A stretch of DNA of 63,556 nucleotides, counting the filler, from Octopus bimaculoides (Eukaryota), in the NCBI RefSeq assembly GCF_001194135.2. It is 7 parts of 5 records of this genome, joined end to end, with 100 filler letters (N's around TTAATTAATTAA, not from the genome) between each part and the next. Parts side by side here need not be neighbours in the genome. Positions count along the whole stretch, not along the records: positions 37,090 to 42,258 come from NC_069000.1; positions 42,359 to 61,396 come from NC_068987.1; 5 more parts are not named here. The stretch is one strand, 5' to 3'. Below the pieces are notes generated by a model, which was given only the letters and a program-made list of their open reading frames with translations, did not search any database and was not told the DNA's origin. Below, piece after piece: positions 36,990 through 50,294 of this stretch. Made by a program: the position numbers and the translations under genes. Numbering within the stretch: position 1 is the stretch's first letter; every line of letters starts with the position of its first letter.

Positions 36990-38049
36990 NNNNNNNNNNN
37001 NNNNNNNNNNNNNNNNNNNNNNNNNNNNNNNNNTTAATTAATTAANNNNNNNNNNNNNNNNNNNNNNNNNNNNNNNNNNNNNNNNNNNNACACATAGTCC
37101 CCAGTTGGTAACATTGATTTCAAGGCCCTCCTAGATGAGACACTGGCATTCCACTTAATGTCTATGTTCCATGCTGGCATTGATTGGAGAGTTATTAATG
37201 TAGAAATATGGTATCGTGGCTACTAACAGTTGAGGGTTGCGTAGTCTAGACGGTGTTTTTAGATTTCATTATTCTCTTTAACCCGGGCATATATATATGT
37301 ATGTATATATATATATATATATATGTATGTATATATAAGTATGCATGTATGTGTGTGTGTGTACATTACGAGCTTCCACACAGTTTCCGTCAACCAACTT
37401 CACTCTAACCACATGGTTGTATAGCGAGCCTCTTAACCACGCGTGTAAGCCTGCGCCTTTTCAGTAGAAAAATCATTGATCCAAAGCCAGTTCGCGACAT
37501 TCAAGCTTTTACGCTGCTTGTTAAGCATATAATTTCTAAATTATAGAAGAAGAAGAAGAAGAAGAAACAAAAAGAGGAGGAAAAGTAGATGAAAGAGGAG
37601 GAGAAGAAGAAGAAAGAGAAGAAGAAGAAAGGAGGAGGAGGAGAAAAGAAGTAGAAAGAAGAGGGAGGGAGGGTGGAGGAGAAGAAGAAGGAAAAGAAGA
37701 AGAAATGGGAGGGGGCGATAAAAATTAAGATGATGAAAAAAAAGGAGAGAAAGAAGATAACAGCAAGAATAACATCAACGACAGCAACCACAACATTAAT
37801 TCTAACAACACTGACATCAACAACAACAACTGCAGCAGCAGCAGCAAACTCCGAACATGAAATCTGAAGGAAATTTTTGTATTAATGATTAAGACAAATG
37901 AAAATAAGAGATGCAAAAAATTGAAGCCGATAAAAAGGCTGCTGGGGCGCCTGTCTTTTACATAACTGAGGCTGTTGAGTCTAAATATAAACTTGACTTT
38001 AGGGCGTAGTTGCATATTTAAACAACAATATCCCTTTCTTATCGTTGCT

Positions 38050-38900
38050 AGGGAAAAGGAATGAGGGGCCGTGCACTATGTAGTATAATGCCTCCTCCAA
38101 TGCCTTTTGGGATGCATTTTTTATGCTCTCGATATTAATAAACTAACCCCTGGTTTACTATTGGTGTGTATATGTGTGTGTGCATTTTATATATGTATGA
38201 ATGTGCGTCTGTATCTATGTTCACTTCTATTTTTAATTATTTGCAATCAACATCTGAGGAAAGGGTTGGTTTCTAACAAAAATACAAAGTCCCATCCTCG
38301 AAATGTATGTAACAAAAACGATGTCGTATTTTAAACTTGAGTAAAGTCTTGCATGTTTTTACTGATCCACTTACAAATTGTATTTGTAATGCGCAAATTA
38401 GTTGGATGGTTTCTTTTTCTGAAATCTGAAAACCCTCGCTTACCCAGATTGTCACTTAGGTATTTACCCACAAATCCAAGTGCACCAATTATTATTGCTA
38501 TAAATGTGAATTTATAATTTGGATATAGAAGCTGGAGGTTTCGAAGCAGTTATCTATGGTTACTCCTTTTCTCAACGATTTTCGAAGAGATCTTCGCATG
38601 AACAGGGCAGCTGATCTCTATAACACTACATTTTCGCATCCCAAACAACAATATCTGGCCTGTTACGTTTACATTTGATAGACGTTTTGATGGGAATATT
38701 CCCCTAATATTCCTTGTGTTGATGTTTGGACATGTATTCAGTAATAAGGATATTTTCTATTTTGATTCCAGGACAGCTTTATTTTCCCGAATGGTATATT
38801 GTTTTTGCGACAATGTCGTGTCTCATAGGAAAGTAGTACCTTCCTATTGGTGACACTTTTGGGCAACTGCAGATCATGCGTGTAACGGCTTCTACATTTA
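38050..38900 (-). mobile_element. R4/Dong-like element 3' end (CCHC knuckle, RLE endonuclease, 3' UTR)
   Basis: EAVTRMICSCPK..RHDIVAKTIY; NIPIKTSIKCKRNRPDIVVWD; IEISCP; IIIGALG; LQIQFVSGSVKTCKTLLKF. Confidence 0.85.
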
Positions 38901-39039
38901 ACGGTTGTATGCTTATAGGTAAGCATGCATGCATATATTTTTCATGTATGTATGAGTTTATGTATCTACACACACTGTACCTCGTCTGTGTATCGTCCTC
39001 CATGTTTTATGTTCGGACTTGAAGGTCAATAAAGAATTA

Positions 39040-39510
39040 TTATTATTATTATTGAGTGAGAGAGCAGTCCATGCCATCAAAGTGAAATATACGAAGCTCA
39101 GTATACTCATCATGACTACCTGTCTGATAAGGGTACACCAGGCACATGCATCACAACCATAGGTGCGTGACATAGTGATCTCATATCAAGATAAACAGCG
39201 CATGACCTTGCAGGTGGGGGCCAAGTTAGAATTTTTTCAGTTCAAGTAGCCCATCCTACTCAAAAGGTCCCTGAATAAGGGTTGTTTAAAGATGTTGAAT
39301 GAAATACCCATGTTTCCAGAGGTGAATTATCCAAACCCCAAAGAATTCCTCTGAACACATGGCTATCATGCTCCCCCACTACTTCTGCTCGTGATCAGAG
39401 ATGTACATATCGTCAGCCACCAAAGGACATGTTCATATGGTTAAGATCAAGCAAGTGACGAGCAAATCTGTGGTATTGAGCAGAATATTTGCTGTAGCCC
39501 ATCTTTTATA
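39040..39510 (-). mobile_element. Interspersed repeat family E with (TAA)n tail
   Basis: Homologous pieces at 6085-6230, 58085-58172 and 58399-58454; ATT repeats at one end. Confidence 0.75.
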
Positions 39511-39518
39511 CGAAGACA

Positions 39519-39730
39519 AGGCGGCAAGCTTACAGAATAGTTAACACGCCGGGCGAAATGCTTAGCGGTATTTCGCCCGTCGCTACGTTCTGAGTTCAAA
39601 TTCCGCCGAGGTCGACTTCGTCTTTCATTCTTTCGGGGTCGATAAATTAAGTACCAACTGTGTACTGGAGTCAGTCTAATCGACTGGCCCCCTCCCACAA
39701 AATTTCGGGCCTTCTGCCTAGAACAGAAAA
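39519..39730 (+). mobile_element. SINE family A
   Basis: Near-consensus copy. Confidence 0.92.
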
Positions 39731-40121
39731 AATTGTTATTGGAATTCTTTACTTGAATAATTTACTCCGTTACACGTCTCAGTGGAGCCGCTCACTCGTC
39801 TATCGTAAACTATAATACAGCTATGCGCAACAGATTCAACTGTAAGTAGACTAATTCATTTAAAAACTACAAAATACAAGCCCACTTCACCTAAGAAAAA
39901 AGAAACAAACACACGCACCCAAAAAATTCCATAAACAAAACCAACTCTTAATTGCAATGCAAAAATCCCCTGTGATAACAAGCTGTCTATTTATTCTGCT
40001 CTCTCCGCATCTATCTTTTTGACTAGATACATGCGTGAGTGGATGTATATGTGAGTGCGTGTGTATGTGTGCATGTATATATTTGTGCATATAAATGTTT
40101 ATTGTTTCATTCTTTTATTCC

Positions 40122-40180
<59 letters not shown>

Positions 40181-40621
40181 NNNNNNNNNNNNNNNNNNNN
40201 NNNNNNNNNNNNNNNNNNNNNNNNNNNNNNNNNNNNNNNNNNNNNNNNNNNNNNNNNNNNNNNNNNNNNNNNNNNNNNNNNNNNNNNNNNNNNNNNNNNN
40301 NNNNNNNNNNNNNNNNNNNNNNNNNNNNNNNNNNNNNNNNNNNNNNNNNNNNNNNNNNNNNNNNNNNNNNNNNNNNNNNNNNNNNNNNNNNNNNNNNNNN
40401 NNNNNNNNNNNNNNNNNNNNNNNNNNNNNNNNNNNNNNNNNNNNNNNNNNNNNNNNNNNNNNNNNNNNNNNNNNNNNNNNNNNNNNNNNNNNNNNNNNNN
40501 NNNNNNNNNNNNNNNNNNNNNNNNNNNNNNNNNNNNNNNNNNNNNNNNNNNNNNNNNNNNNNNNNNNNNNNNNNNNNNNNNNNNNNNNNNNNNNNNNNNN
40601 NNNNNNNNNNNNNNNNNNNNN

Positions 40622-40656
<35 letters not shown>

Positions 40657-40724
40657 TCTCCAAATAATTCCGAAGTTCAGGTGTCAGGGTTAGGGTTAGG
40701 GTTAGTATGGATGTATGTATGTAT

Positions 40725-41085
40725 GGAGTGGCTGTGTTGTAAGTAACTTGCTTGCCAACCACATGGTTGCGGGTTCAGTCCCACTGCAAGTGCCTTCTAC
40801 TATAGCCTCGGACACGGACTTGTGAGTGGATTTGGTTGGCGGAAACTGAAAGAAGTCCGTCGTATATATATATATATATATATATGCATGTGTGTTTGTG
40901 TGTCTGTGTTTGCCCACCCAACATCGCTTGACAACCGATACTGGTGTGTTTACGTCAATGTAACTTGGCAGTTCGGTAGAATAAGTACTAGGCTTACAAA
41001 GAATAAGTTCTGGGGTCGATTTGCTCGACTAAAAGCGGTGCTCCAACATGGTCGCAGTCAAATGACTGAAACAAATAAAAAGAAA
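40725..41085 (+). mobile_element. SINE family B, full length
   Basis: GGAGTGGCTGTG..GGGTTCAGTCCCACTGC head through TGACTGAAACAAATAAAAAG tail. Confidence 0.92.
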
Positions 41086-41175
41086 AGTATGTATGTACGT
41101 ATGTATATATATATATATGTATGTACGTATGTATATATGTATGTATGTATGTATGCATATGCATTTCAGTGTGAT

Positions 41176-41340
41176 GGCACGTGGCTTAGTGGTTAGGGCA
41201 TTTGGTTCACGAACGGAAGGTCGTGAGTTTGATTCCCGGCGACGCGTTGTGTCCTTGGGCAAGGCACTTTATTTCACGAGCAGGCTGTTCCGTTGATCGC
41301 ATCAGCTGGGACCTTCGTCGTCGTAACCGACGGAGTGCTC
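41176..41340 (+). mobile_element. SINE family C2 with internal deletion
   Basis: GTGTCCTTGGGCAAGGCACTTTATTTCACG is joined directly to AGCAGGCTGTTCC. Confidence 0.85.
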
Positions 41341-41660
41341 CTTTTTTTTTTATATGCATTTCATAACTTACAAACGTACTTAAGAAGCTGTCGTACTTTA
41401 TAATTTAAATTACGTCATATCAAAAGGACCACTTAGAAGAAAGAAAAATGATATGCCAAGTAATACGGAAGGAGCGCCGTCCATTAGCATAGTTCAAAAA
41501 GGGTGACCGAATACGCTTTGAGTAATATGCTACTTTGGTCAAAGAATGACCATAGCATTAGTCAATGAGAGATACGTCTTCTTCCGTTCTTTTTTCTCAG
41601 CTTTTTGATGATTCTTGTACTAATCATTTTAGAACTTCCGTAAGTGTATATCTATGAGTA

Positions 41661-41713
<53 letters not shown>

Positions 41714-41749
41714 ATATATGTCAGAGTTCAGTTTTATTTCAATATTTCT

Positions 41750-42010
41750 TACCAAGAGTAAAAGAGCTGGTTTCTAACCAAGATCCAAGGTTCCTTAATT
41801 GGAATTTCAACATCAACAGGTTATTTTTGTATGTATGTATGCAGATTTGTATGTTTTATGTATGTATTCTCGTACATATAATTGCATATCTAGACATGCT
41901 CATACCTATATAAATGATAAACTTCTAGAAAGTTTTACAGATTTTTGAAGTTCCAGTGATGGATTGGATCTGTAATCTTCGAATTAGCTTTCTCCTCTCT
42001 GGTCTTGAGA
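41750..42010 (-). mobile_element. R4/Dong-like C-terminus and 3' UTR fragment
   Basis: RRKLIRRLQIQSITGTSKICKTF* matches the C-terminus of the 38050-38900 copy. Confidence 0.75.
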
Positions 42011-42090
42011 AGTTACACATGTGTGTGTGCATGTATGTATGTATATATATAATGATAATAATGATAATCAGCCAATGTCCAATAAATAAA

Positions 42091-42248
42091 GGAGTGGCTG
42101 TGTGGTAAGTAACTTGCTTACCGACCAAATGGTTCCGAGTTCAGTCCCACTGCGTAGCACCTTTGGCAAGTGTCTTCTACTATAGCCTCGTGCCGACCAA
42201 AGCTTTGTGAGTGGATTTGGTAGACGGAAACTGAAAGAAGCACGTCGT
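42091..42248 (+). mobile_element. SINE family B 5' half (runs into gap)
   Basis: Family B head. Confidence 0.9.
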
Positions 42249-42360
42249 ATATATATATNNNNNNNNNNNNNNNNNNNNNNNNNNNNNNNNNNNNNNNNNN
42301 NNTTAATTAATTAANNNNNNNNNNNNNNNNNNNNNNNNNNNNNNNNNNNNNNNNNNNNCA

Positions 42361-42412
42361 CATAGAAACATCTCCTTCATCAGCTGCCACCATTAAAACA
42401 CCGGCGTTTCGA
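42361..42412 (-). ncRNA. Hammerhead-like core halves in permuted order
   Basis: Minus strand TCTTC-GAAACGCCGGTGTT...GGCAG-CTGATGA-A-GGAGA; helix II closable, helix I not evident. Confidence 0.35.
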
Positions 42413-43013
42413 AGAATTAAGGCAGTACGCATCGTTGAAATGGTTCTTCCCACGAACACAAATTAAATCATTTTCGTGGAGGGTAGTGGCGGATGGAAAA
42501 CAAGACAGGAAAACGAAACGGTGAATAAACAAACAAGCAAAAGGCTGTACAGCCAGACGTGAAGTGTGTATGTATTGAACGCTGTGAAGCACGAACAGGA
42601 GGGGTAAAGAAGTACGTGCGAGCTTGGGGATTCCAAGAACGAAAAGAAATAGCAGCCGGACACACGTGACCAAGGCTGTGTGAAGAGAAAGAGTAGCAGA
42701 GGGAAAAGAAGTGGAGTAAGTAGAATAAAAGTGAGCAACGAGAGGTAGAGAGAGAGATGGTAGTAGTAACGGTGAGAGGCGAAGAACAGTAGAGGGAAGA
42801 ATGAGAGGGGGAGATAGAAATAGAGATGGAGAAAGTGCGTTAGAAAAATAGTTAAAATTTATTGTATAAAGGTTAACGCGTGCGTTCTGTCGTGATACAA
42901 ACAATATATGAGTATATGCATATATATGTACATGTATGTAAATACCTTCATCTATATGTACATATAGATACATTATATACATATATATAGAGATAGAGAG
43001 AGAGAGAGAGATG

Positions 43014-43086
<73 letters not shown>

Positions 43087-43311
43087 TGGACTGCTCACCT
43101 AGCCAGCAGACTGGTATCATTCAAAAGCTACAACAATGTGAGGATGGACATTTTGTGACCAGCATTGTATAACAGCATTCAATAATCTGGTCAATACAGT
43201 GATACATACATACAGACATACATACAAACAGACATACATAGGCGCAGACATACATACATGCGTACACACACATACATACATACTAACATACGTACATACA
43301 TACATGCAATT

Positions 43312-43526
43312 ATTTCTACTCCAGGCACAAGACCTTGAAAATTTCAGTGGGGAGGGAGCTGCTCGATTAGATCGACCCCAGTGCGTAACAGGTACTTATT
43401 TCATCGACTCTAAAGGATGAAAGGCAAAGTCGACCTCAGCGGAATTTGAACTCAGAACATAGCGGCAGACGAAATGTCGGTAAAAATTTCGCCCGGTGGG
43501 CTAACGATTCTGCCAGCTCACCGCCT
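43312..43526 (-). mobile_element. SINE family A
   Basis: Reverse complement of the consensus. Confidence 0.92.
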
Positions 43527-43714
43527 AAACATACATAATACATGCAATGGCGCATGACTCGCATGACAACGGTATGCGTTGTGTCCTTGAGGAGAATACT
43601 TCATTTCACATTACTCCAGTCCCCTCGGCTGCTAATTACTAATTGGTAACCCTGCGACGGACCAACGTCATGCTCAGGGAGAATGATTCAATCTCAGTGA
43701 CTTATAGGCCCTGG

Positions 43715-43960
43715 AAACCCTGTGGTAACTCGGTTCTCCTCCTAGGCTGGCGCAAATGAGCTGGAGGACAACTGGAAGCGTGGGTGGTGACAGTAAAAGC
43801 GGACGTGGAAGGACAATCGGGTTCCCGCGTCTATGAACTAGGAATGGGTATTCACTACAACTTCGATTGCGGATGACCGTCGAATATGGTTAGGATTCGT
43901 GAAGGACGTGGTGAAGTCGTTGTTTGGAACCGATTCAGCTCATCCTTGGTAAATACCACT
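43715..43960 (+). mobile_element. RTE-clade LINE 3' fragment
   Basis: Frameshifted PP.GWRK..GGQL..WVVTVKADVEGQSGSRVY..ADDRRIWLGFVKDVVK, typical of RTE C-termini. Confidence 0.55.
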
Positions 43961-45483
43961 GCAACTACACATAAAATACAAATACATGAAAACCGGGTAA
44001 TTGGCTCCATAAGCCCTAGGCCTCGTGACAGAAATGTACAAATAATATCTAATGCAATAGAAACCAGAGTAGTAGTAGCAGTGAAGTGAGGATTCTTACT
44101 AATTCATTGGAATGGTTGGTTTCTTCTCGTCTTGTAATTGGGCAAATAGAAAACATCAACCACCCTTACTGGCTTCTAACCATTTTTAGAAATTGTGAAA
44201 AGAGCAAATACTTTCCACCCAACAGCTTTATTAACTCAGCTAGTTACGACCGATTTACGCTTAGCGTTTAAATACAACTGTGGACAAATTTGTCTTTCTT
44301 CCTTCTAGCGGTCAAATAAGTAAAGTATTATTTAAGTACAGGATTAGGGTTATATGCTTACGAAGCATCCCAGATGTGAACTGAATTATATTAAAATACT
44401 AAATATCAAATAGCGAATATCCAATATCATGCATTTCCGAATTCGCTACATAAGAGTTTTCGACTTAAAAGGCCAATGTTAGCAGAAACATAATTAGCAA
44501 GACAGATAAGATTCCCTCTTCTTTTATTTATTCCAAGCCATCTTGCTAAAAGAGGAGAGAGAGAGATAAAAACAGAAGAAATGCATACAAAAGCGTAATT
44601 ATATGCAAAAAAGAAATTAATTAATAAATATGTTTTCAGAGCGGAAAATAACAAAAACAACAAACAACAGTAACAACAATAATAATCTGGTGGTTCGAAA
44701 TAATAATCAGTGGTTTATTTTTTTATATATATATTTTCGCTATTTTTCGCTATTTTGCTACATTTTTAATTTTATTTTTATTTTACTTTATTTTGTAATG
44801 GAAACAGCAAAGTGAAGTGAGTTGCTTGCAAGCTGCAATGCCATTTTCTATTTTGCAGGAAATTGCAAGTCTTTTAAACAGCGCTGCATTTCTCAATATC
44901 ACGCAGCGATGTCTTTTCGTGGTCTTTTTGCCTCCGAAACAACAGTGAAAACAGCTGCACATCCCTTCTATGTCTTCTAAATACATTCTTCTTTCTACCT
45001 GTTTTAACGCTCGTTTCTCGTTCCCACGTGTTGTGGTTGTGCTACATTCGAGGACAAACTAATCGATATAGAAAAAAAAAAGCCACAACTAATCAAATAC
45101 TTTTAATTTCCACACATCAGGGTTGCTTTAAATCAAATGTAATTTTTCGCAATCGTTATTGGAATACTTTTTTTTTATTTTATTGATATTTTATTTTATT
45201 TGATTGATTTATTGTACTTTTATTTCTCTTTCTCTTTTTACTTAGATTGCTGTTTCCTAGTTTATTAAAAGTGCTAATAGCGTTTTATATAAAAGAAATA
45301 TATATGAACATGCATATACACCTACATTACACATATATATGTATACACACATACATAGATATAAACGTATATATATATATATATATACGTGTGTGTGTGT
45401 GTGTGTGTGTCTGCATGTGCGTGTGAGTGGGTATATATATGGGTAAGAATATATGAATTTATGTATGTGTGTATGTAGGTATG

Positions 45484-45567
<84 letters not shown>

Positions 45568-45739
45568 CACACACACATTTACAAACAGTCAGGCATGTGC
45601 ATACGCCCTCGCAACACAGACTTACATGTACCATCATGTAGATTATTTATCCATTGTATGTCTATGTGTAAAGTAAATTTTAGGAGAAATATATCCGAAG
45701 CTTTACATTCATCATTCAAGAATAACATAACAGCAAGAC

Positions 45740-45841
<102 letters not shown>

Positions 45842-47005
45842 TGAGATACACTCACGCATACAGAAGTAGGTGCATGACCTTTCTAAATGAAAGTGGTTTG
45901 TGTTGGAAACCTGCTCCGTCTCCATAGGAGTATATGAAATTAAACCACAATACATACGTAGATACATAATCATCTCTAATTACTGCGGTGTAGTGGTGTG
46001 TGTCTATACATCTAGGTGTATCCATATATACATATGTATATATATATATATATATATATATNNNNNNNNNNNNNNNNNNNNNNNNNNNNNNNNNNNNNNN
46101 NNNNNNNNNNNNNNNNNNNNNNNNNNNNNNNNNNNNNNNNNNNNNNNNNNNNNNNNNNNNNNNNNNNNNNNNNNNNNNNNNNNNNNNNNNNNNNNNNNNN
46201 NNNNNNNNNNNNNNNNNNNNNNNNNNNNNNNNNNNNNNNNNNNNNNNNNNNNNNNNNNNNNNNNNNNNNNNNNNNNNNNNNNNNNNNNNNNNNNNNNNNN
46301 NNNNNNNNNNNNNNNNNNNNNNNNNNNNNNNNNNNNNNNNNNNNNNNNNNNNNNNNNNNNNNNNNNNNNNNNNNNNNNNNNNNNNNNNNNNNNNNNNNNN
46401 NNNNNNNNNNNNNNNNNNNNNNNNNNNNNNNNNNNNNNNNNNNNNNNNNNNNNNNNNNNNNNNNNNNNNNNNNNNNNNNNNNNNNNNNNNNNNNNNNNNN
46501 NNNNNNNNNNNNNNNNNNNNNNNNNNNNNNNNNNNNNNNNNNNNNNNNNNNNNNNNNNNNNNNNNNNNNNNNNNNNNNNNNNNNNNNNNNNNNNNNNNNN
46601 NNNNNNNNNNNNNNNNNNNNNNNNNNNNNNNNNNNNNNNNNNNNNNNNNNNNNNNNNNNNNNNNNNNNNNNNNNNNNNNNNNNNNNNNNNNNNNNNNNNN
46701 NNNNNNNNNNNNNNNNNNNNNNNNNNNNNNNNNNNNNNNNNNNNNNNNNNNNNNNNNNNNNNNNNNNNNNNNNNNNNNNNNNNNNNNNNNNNNNNNNNNN
46801 NNNNNNNNNNNNNNNNNNNNNNNNNNNNNNNNNNNNNNNNNNNNNNNNNNNNNNNNNNNNNNNNNNNNNNNNNNNNNNNNNNNNNNNNNNNNNNNNNNNN
46901 NNNNNNNNNNNNNNNNNNNNNNNNNNNNNNNNNNNNNNNNNNNNNNNNNNNNNNNNNNNNNNNNNNNNNNNNNNNNNNNNNNNNNNNNNNNNNNNNNNNN
47001 NNNNN

Positions 47006-47054
<49 letters not shown>

Positions 47055-48613
47055 GGTAGGTGCTAGGACTCAGATGTATCAACATTGGGAAGAACGTTAG
47101 AAAAGATAGAGAATGAAAGAGAGAAGGAAGAAATAAGTGGTTGTAGTGAGAAAGAGGAGAACCAAAAACAAAAGTATACAAACGTTACTTCCAAGCATAT
47201 CCGTGTGTGCACGTGTGCATGTAGAGATATGTGTAGAGATATATAAACATAGGTATACACACACACACACACACACACAACACATACACACACACACACA
47301 TCTGTATATATATCTATATCTATCTATGTATATATTTATATATATATATTTGTGAGATATATAAACATAGGTTTACACACACACACACAACACACACACA
47401 CACACACAACACACACACACACAACTCACACACAACACACACACACACAACACACAACACACACACACAACACACACACACACACACAACACACACACAC
47501 AACACACACACATGTGTGTTTATATCTATATCTATCTATGTATATATTTATATATATATTTGTACATATATATATGTATATACATAAATATATATCTATA
47601 TATGTACGTATATGATATAATATATATGTATGTAAGNNNNNNNNNNNNNNNNNNNNNNNNNNNNNNNNNNNNNNNNNNNNNNNNNNNNNNNNNNNNNNNN
47701 NNNNNNNNNNNNNNNNNNNNNNNNNNNNNNNNNNNNNNNNNNNNNNNNNNNNNNNNNNNNNNNNNNNNNNNNNNNNNNNNNNNNNNNNNNNNNNNNNNNN
47801 NNNNNNNNNNNNNNNNNNNNNNNNNNNNNNNNNNNNNNNNNNNNNNNNNNNNNNNNNNNNNNNNNNNNNNNNNNNNNNNNNNNNNNNNNNNNNNNNNNNN
47901 NNNNNNNNNNNNNNNNNNNNNNNNNNNNNNNNNNNNNNNNNNNNNNNNNNNNNNNNNNNNNNNNNNNNNNNNNNNNNNNNNNNNNNNNNNNNNNNNNNNN
48001 NNNNNNNNNNNNNNNNNNNNNNNNNNNNNNNNNNNNNNNNNNNNNNNNNNNNNNNNNNNNNNNNNNNNNNNNNNNNNNNNNNNNNNNNNNNNNNNNNNNN
48101 NNNNNNNNNNNNNNNNNNNNNNNNNNNNNNNNNNNNNNNNNNNNNNNNNNNNNNNNNNNNNNNNNNNNNNNNNNNNNNNNNNNNNNNNNNNNNNNNNNNN
48201 NNNNNNNNNNNNNNNNNNNNNNNNNNNNNNNNNNNNNNNNNNNNNNNNNNNNNNNNNNNNNNNNNNNNNNNNNNNNNNNNNNNNNNNNNNNNNNNNNNCA
48301 CACACAACACACACACATGTGTGTTTATATCTATATCTATCTATGTATATATTTATATATATATGGCTTTAATGCTTAAATATACCAGCTTGTCGCCTAC
48401 GGTGTTTTCCGTTGCAGACACATAAACCCGAGTCGATGTTGTTATTGGTTTTGCATTCGGTACAACACATTCGGAATGGAAACAAACGCGTTGATATCAC
48501 AATATCACAACTACTTCACTATTATAATCACGTGGAATTGGAGGTCGAAGCGAAATCAAATAGTTGTTTCAATAAACGTTATTGATATGTATATATTTGC
48601 TTGTGTGTGTGTG

Positions 48614-48658
<45 letters not shown>

Positions 48659-48795
48659 AATATATGAGTATATGCATATATATGTACATGTATGTATATA
48701 CGTTCATCTACATGTACATATAGATACATAACTGGGTACATGACGTGGCAAAAGAACAAGGACAAAATGGTAAACATGGTGCAACAAACAAGCAG

Positions 48796-48858
<63 letters not shown>

Positions 48859-49006
48859 ACAAACATCTTTATATATATATATATGTATGCATGCATATAT
48901 ATATGTGTATATTACATTTGTATAAGTGTGTGAAAGAGCATGTTTTGATGTATGCGTGTATGCACGTAATATTTTTGCGCAACATACACCTATGTGTGCA
49001 TCTGTG

Positions 49007-49057
<51 letters not shown>

Positions 49058-49599
49058 ATGTTTTCATTTTCCTATATATATATATATGCACATTTTTATA
49101 TTATACCTATGTTTGTGACTACATTTATTTATTTATTTGTGTATATATGTACTGTACGGGCAAATATAATCTATATATGTATACATATATGCATGTGGGA
49201 TTTTAGGTGTATATATATATATGTGTGTGTATACTGTGACACACGCAGGGACTGGCGTTTGCATTTGATTCTTCTTTACATATAAATGTGCATACGTTTT
49301 TTATATCGCATGCACATTGATATATACACAGTTGCAATTATGCGTACATACACATACATGTACATATACGCATACACACATGCAAAGAGTTCGATGTTTA
49401 TAATGTATTTTTCTTTGTTGTTTAGGTAAAAATAGATAAGGAATAAAAGCGAAGCAAGGAAACAAATGGAAACGCTGAAGTGTGGTAGATGCAAAATGTT
49501 CAACCATGGGGTTTTGAGTTCAATCCGTACGAGCGGCAGGTTGGGCAAGTGACTTTTACTATAGCTCCAGGCTATATGTATGTATGCATGGATGTATGT

Positions 49600-49860
49600 A
49601 TCTTACTCTCTCTTTTACTCTTTTACTTGTTTCAATCATTTGACTGTGGCCATGCTGGAGCACCGCCTTTAGTCGAGCAAATCGACCCCAGGACTTATTC
49701 TTTGTAAGCCTAGTACTTATTCTATCGGCCCCTTAAGCCGAACCGCTAAGTTACGACGACGTAAACACACCCGCATCGGTTGTCAAGCGATGTTGGTGGG
49801 GGGGGAAACACAGACACACAGACATATACACACACACATACATACTTACATACATACATC

Positions 49861-49894
<34 letters not shown>

Positions 49895-50294
49895 CANNNN
49901 NNNNNNNNNNNNNNNNNNNNNNNNNNNNNNNNNNNNNNNNNNNNNNNNNNNNNNNNNNNNNNNNNNNNNNNNNNNNNNNNNNNNNNNNNNNNNNNNNNNN
50001 NNNNNNNNNNNNNNNNNNNNNNNNNNNNNNNNNNNNNNNNNNNNNNNNNNNNNNNNNNNNNNNNNNNNNNNNNNNNNNNNNNNNNNNNNNNNNNNNNNNN
50101 NNNNNNNNNNNATGTATATATATATATATATATATATGCGACGAGCTTCTTTCAGTTCCGTCTACCAAATCCACTCACAAGGCTTTGGTCGGCCCGAGGC
50201 TATAGTAGAAGACACTTGCCCAAGGTACCACGCTGTGGGACTGAACCCGGAACCATGGGGTTCGTAAGCAAACTACTTACCACATAGCCACTCC
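49600..50294 (-). mobile_element. SINE family B spanning microsatellite and gap
   Basis: Tail at 49600-49810, head at 50140-50294. Confidence 0.9.

Noticed and set aside
40686-40705. (TTAGGG)3 as an interstitial telomere
   Set aside because: Too short; probably repeat-borne.
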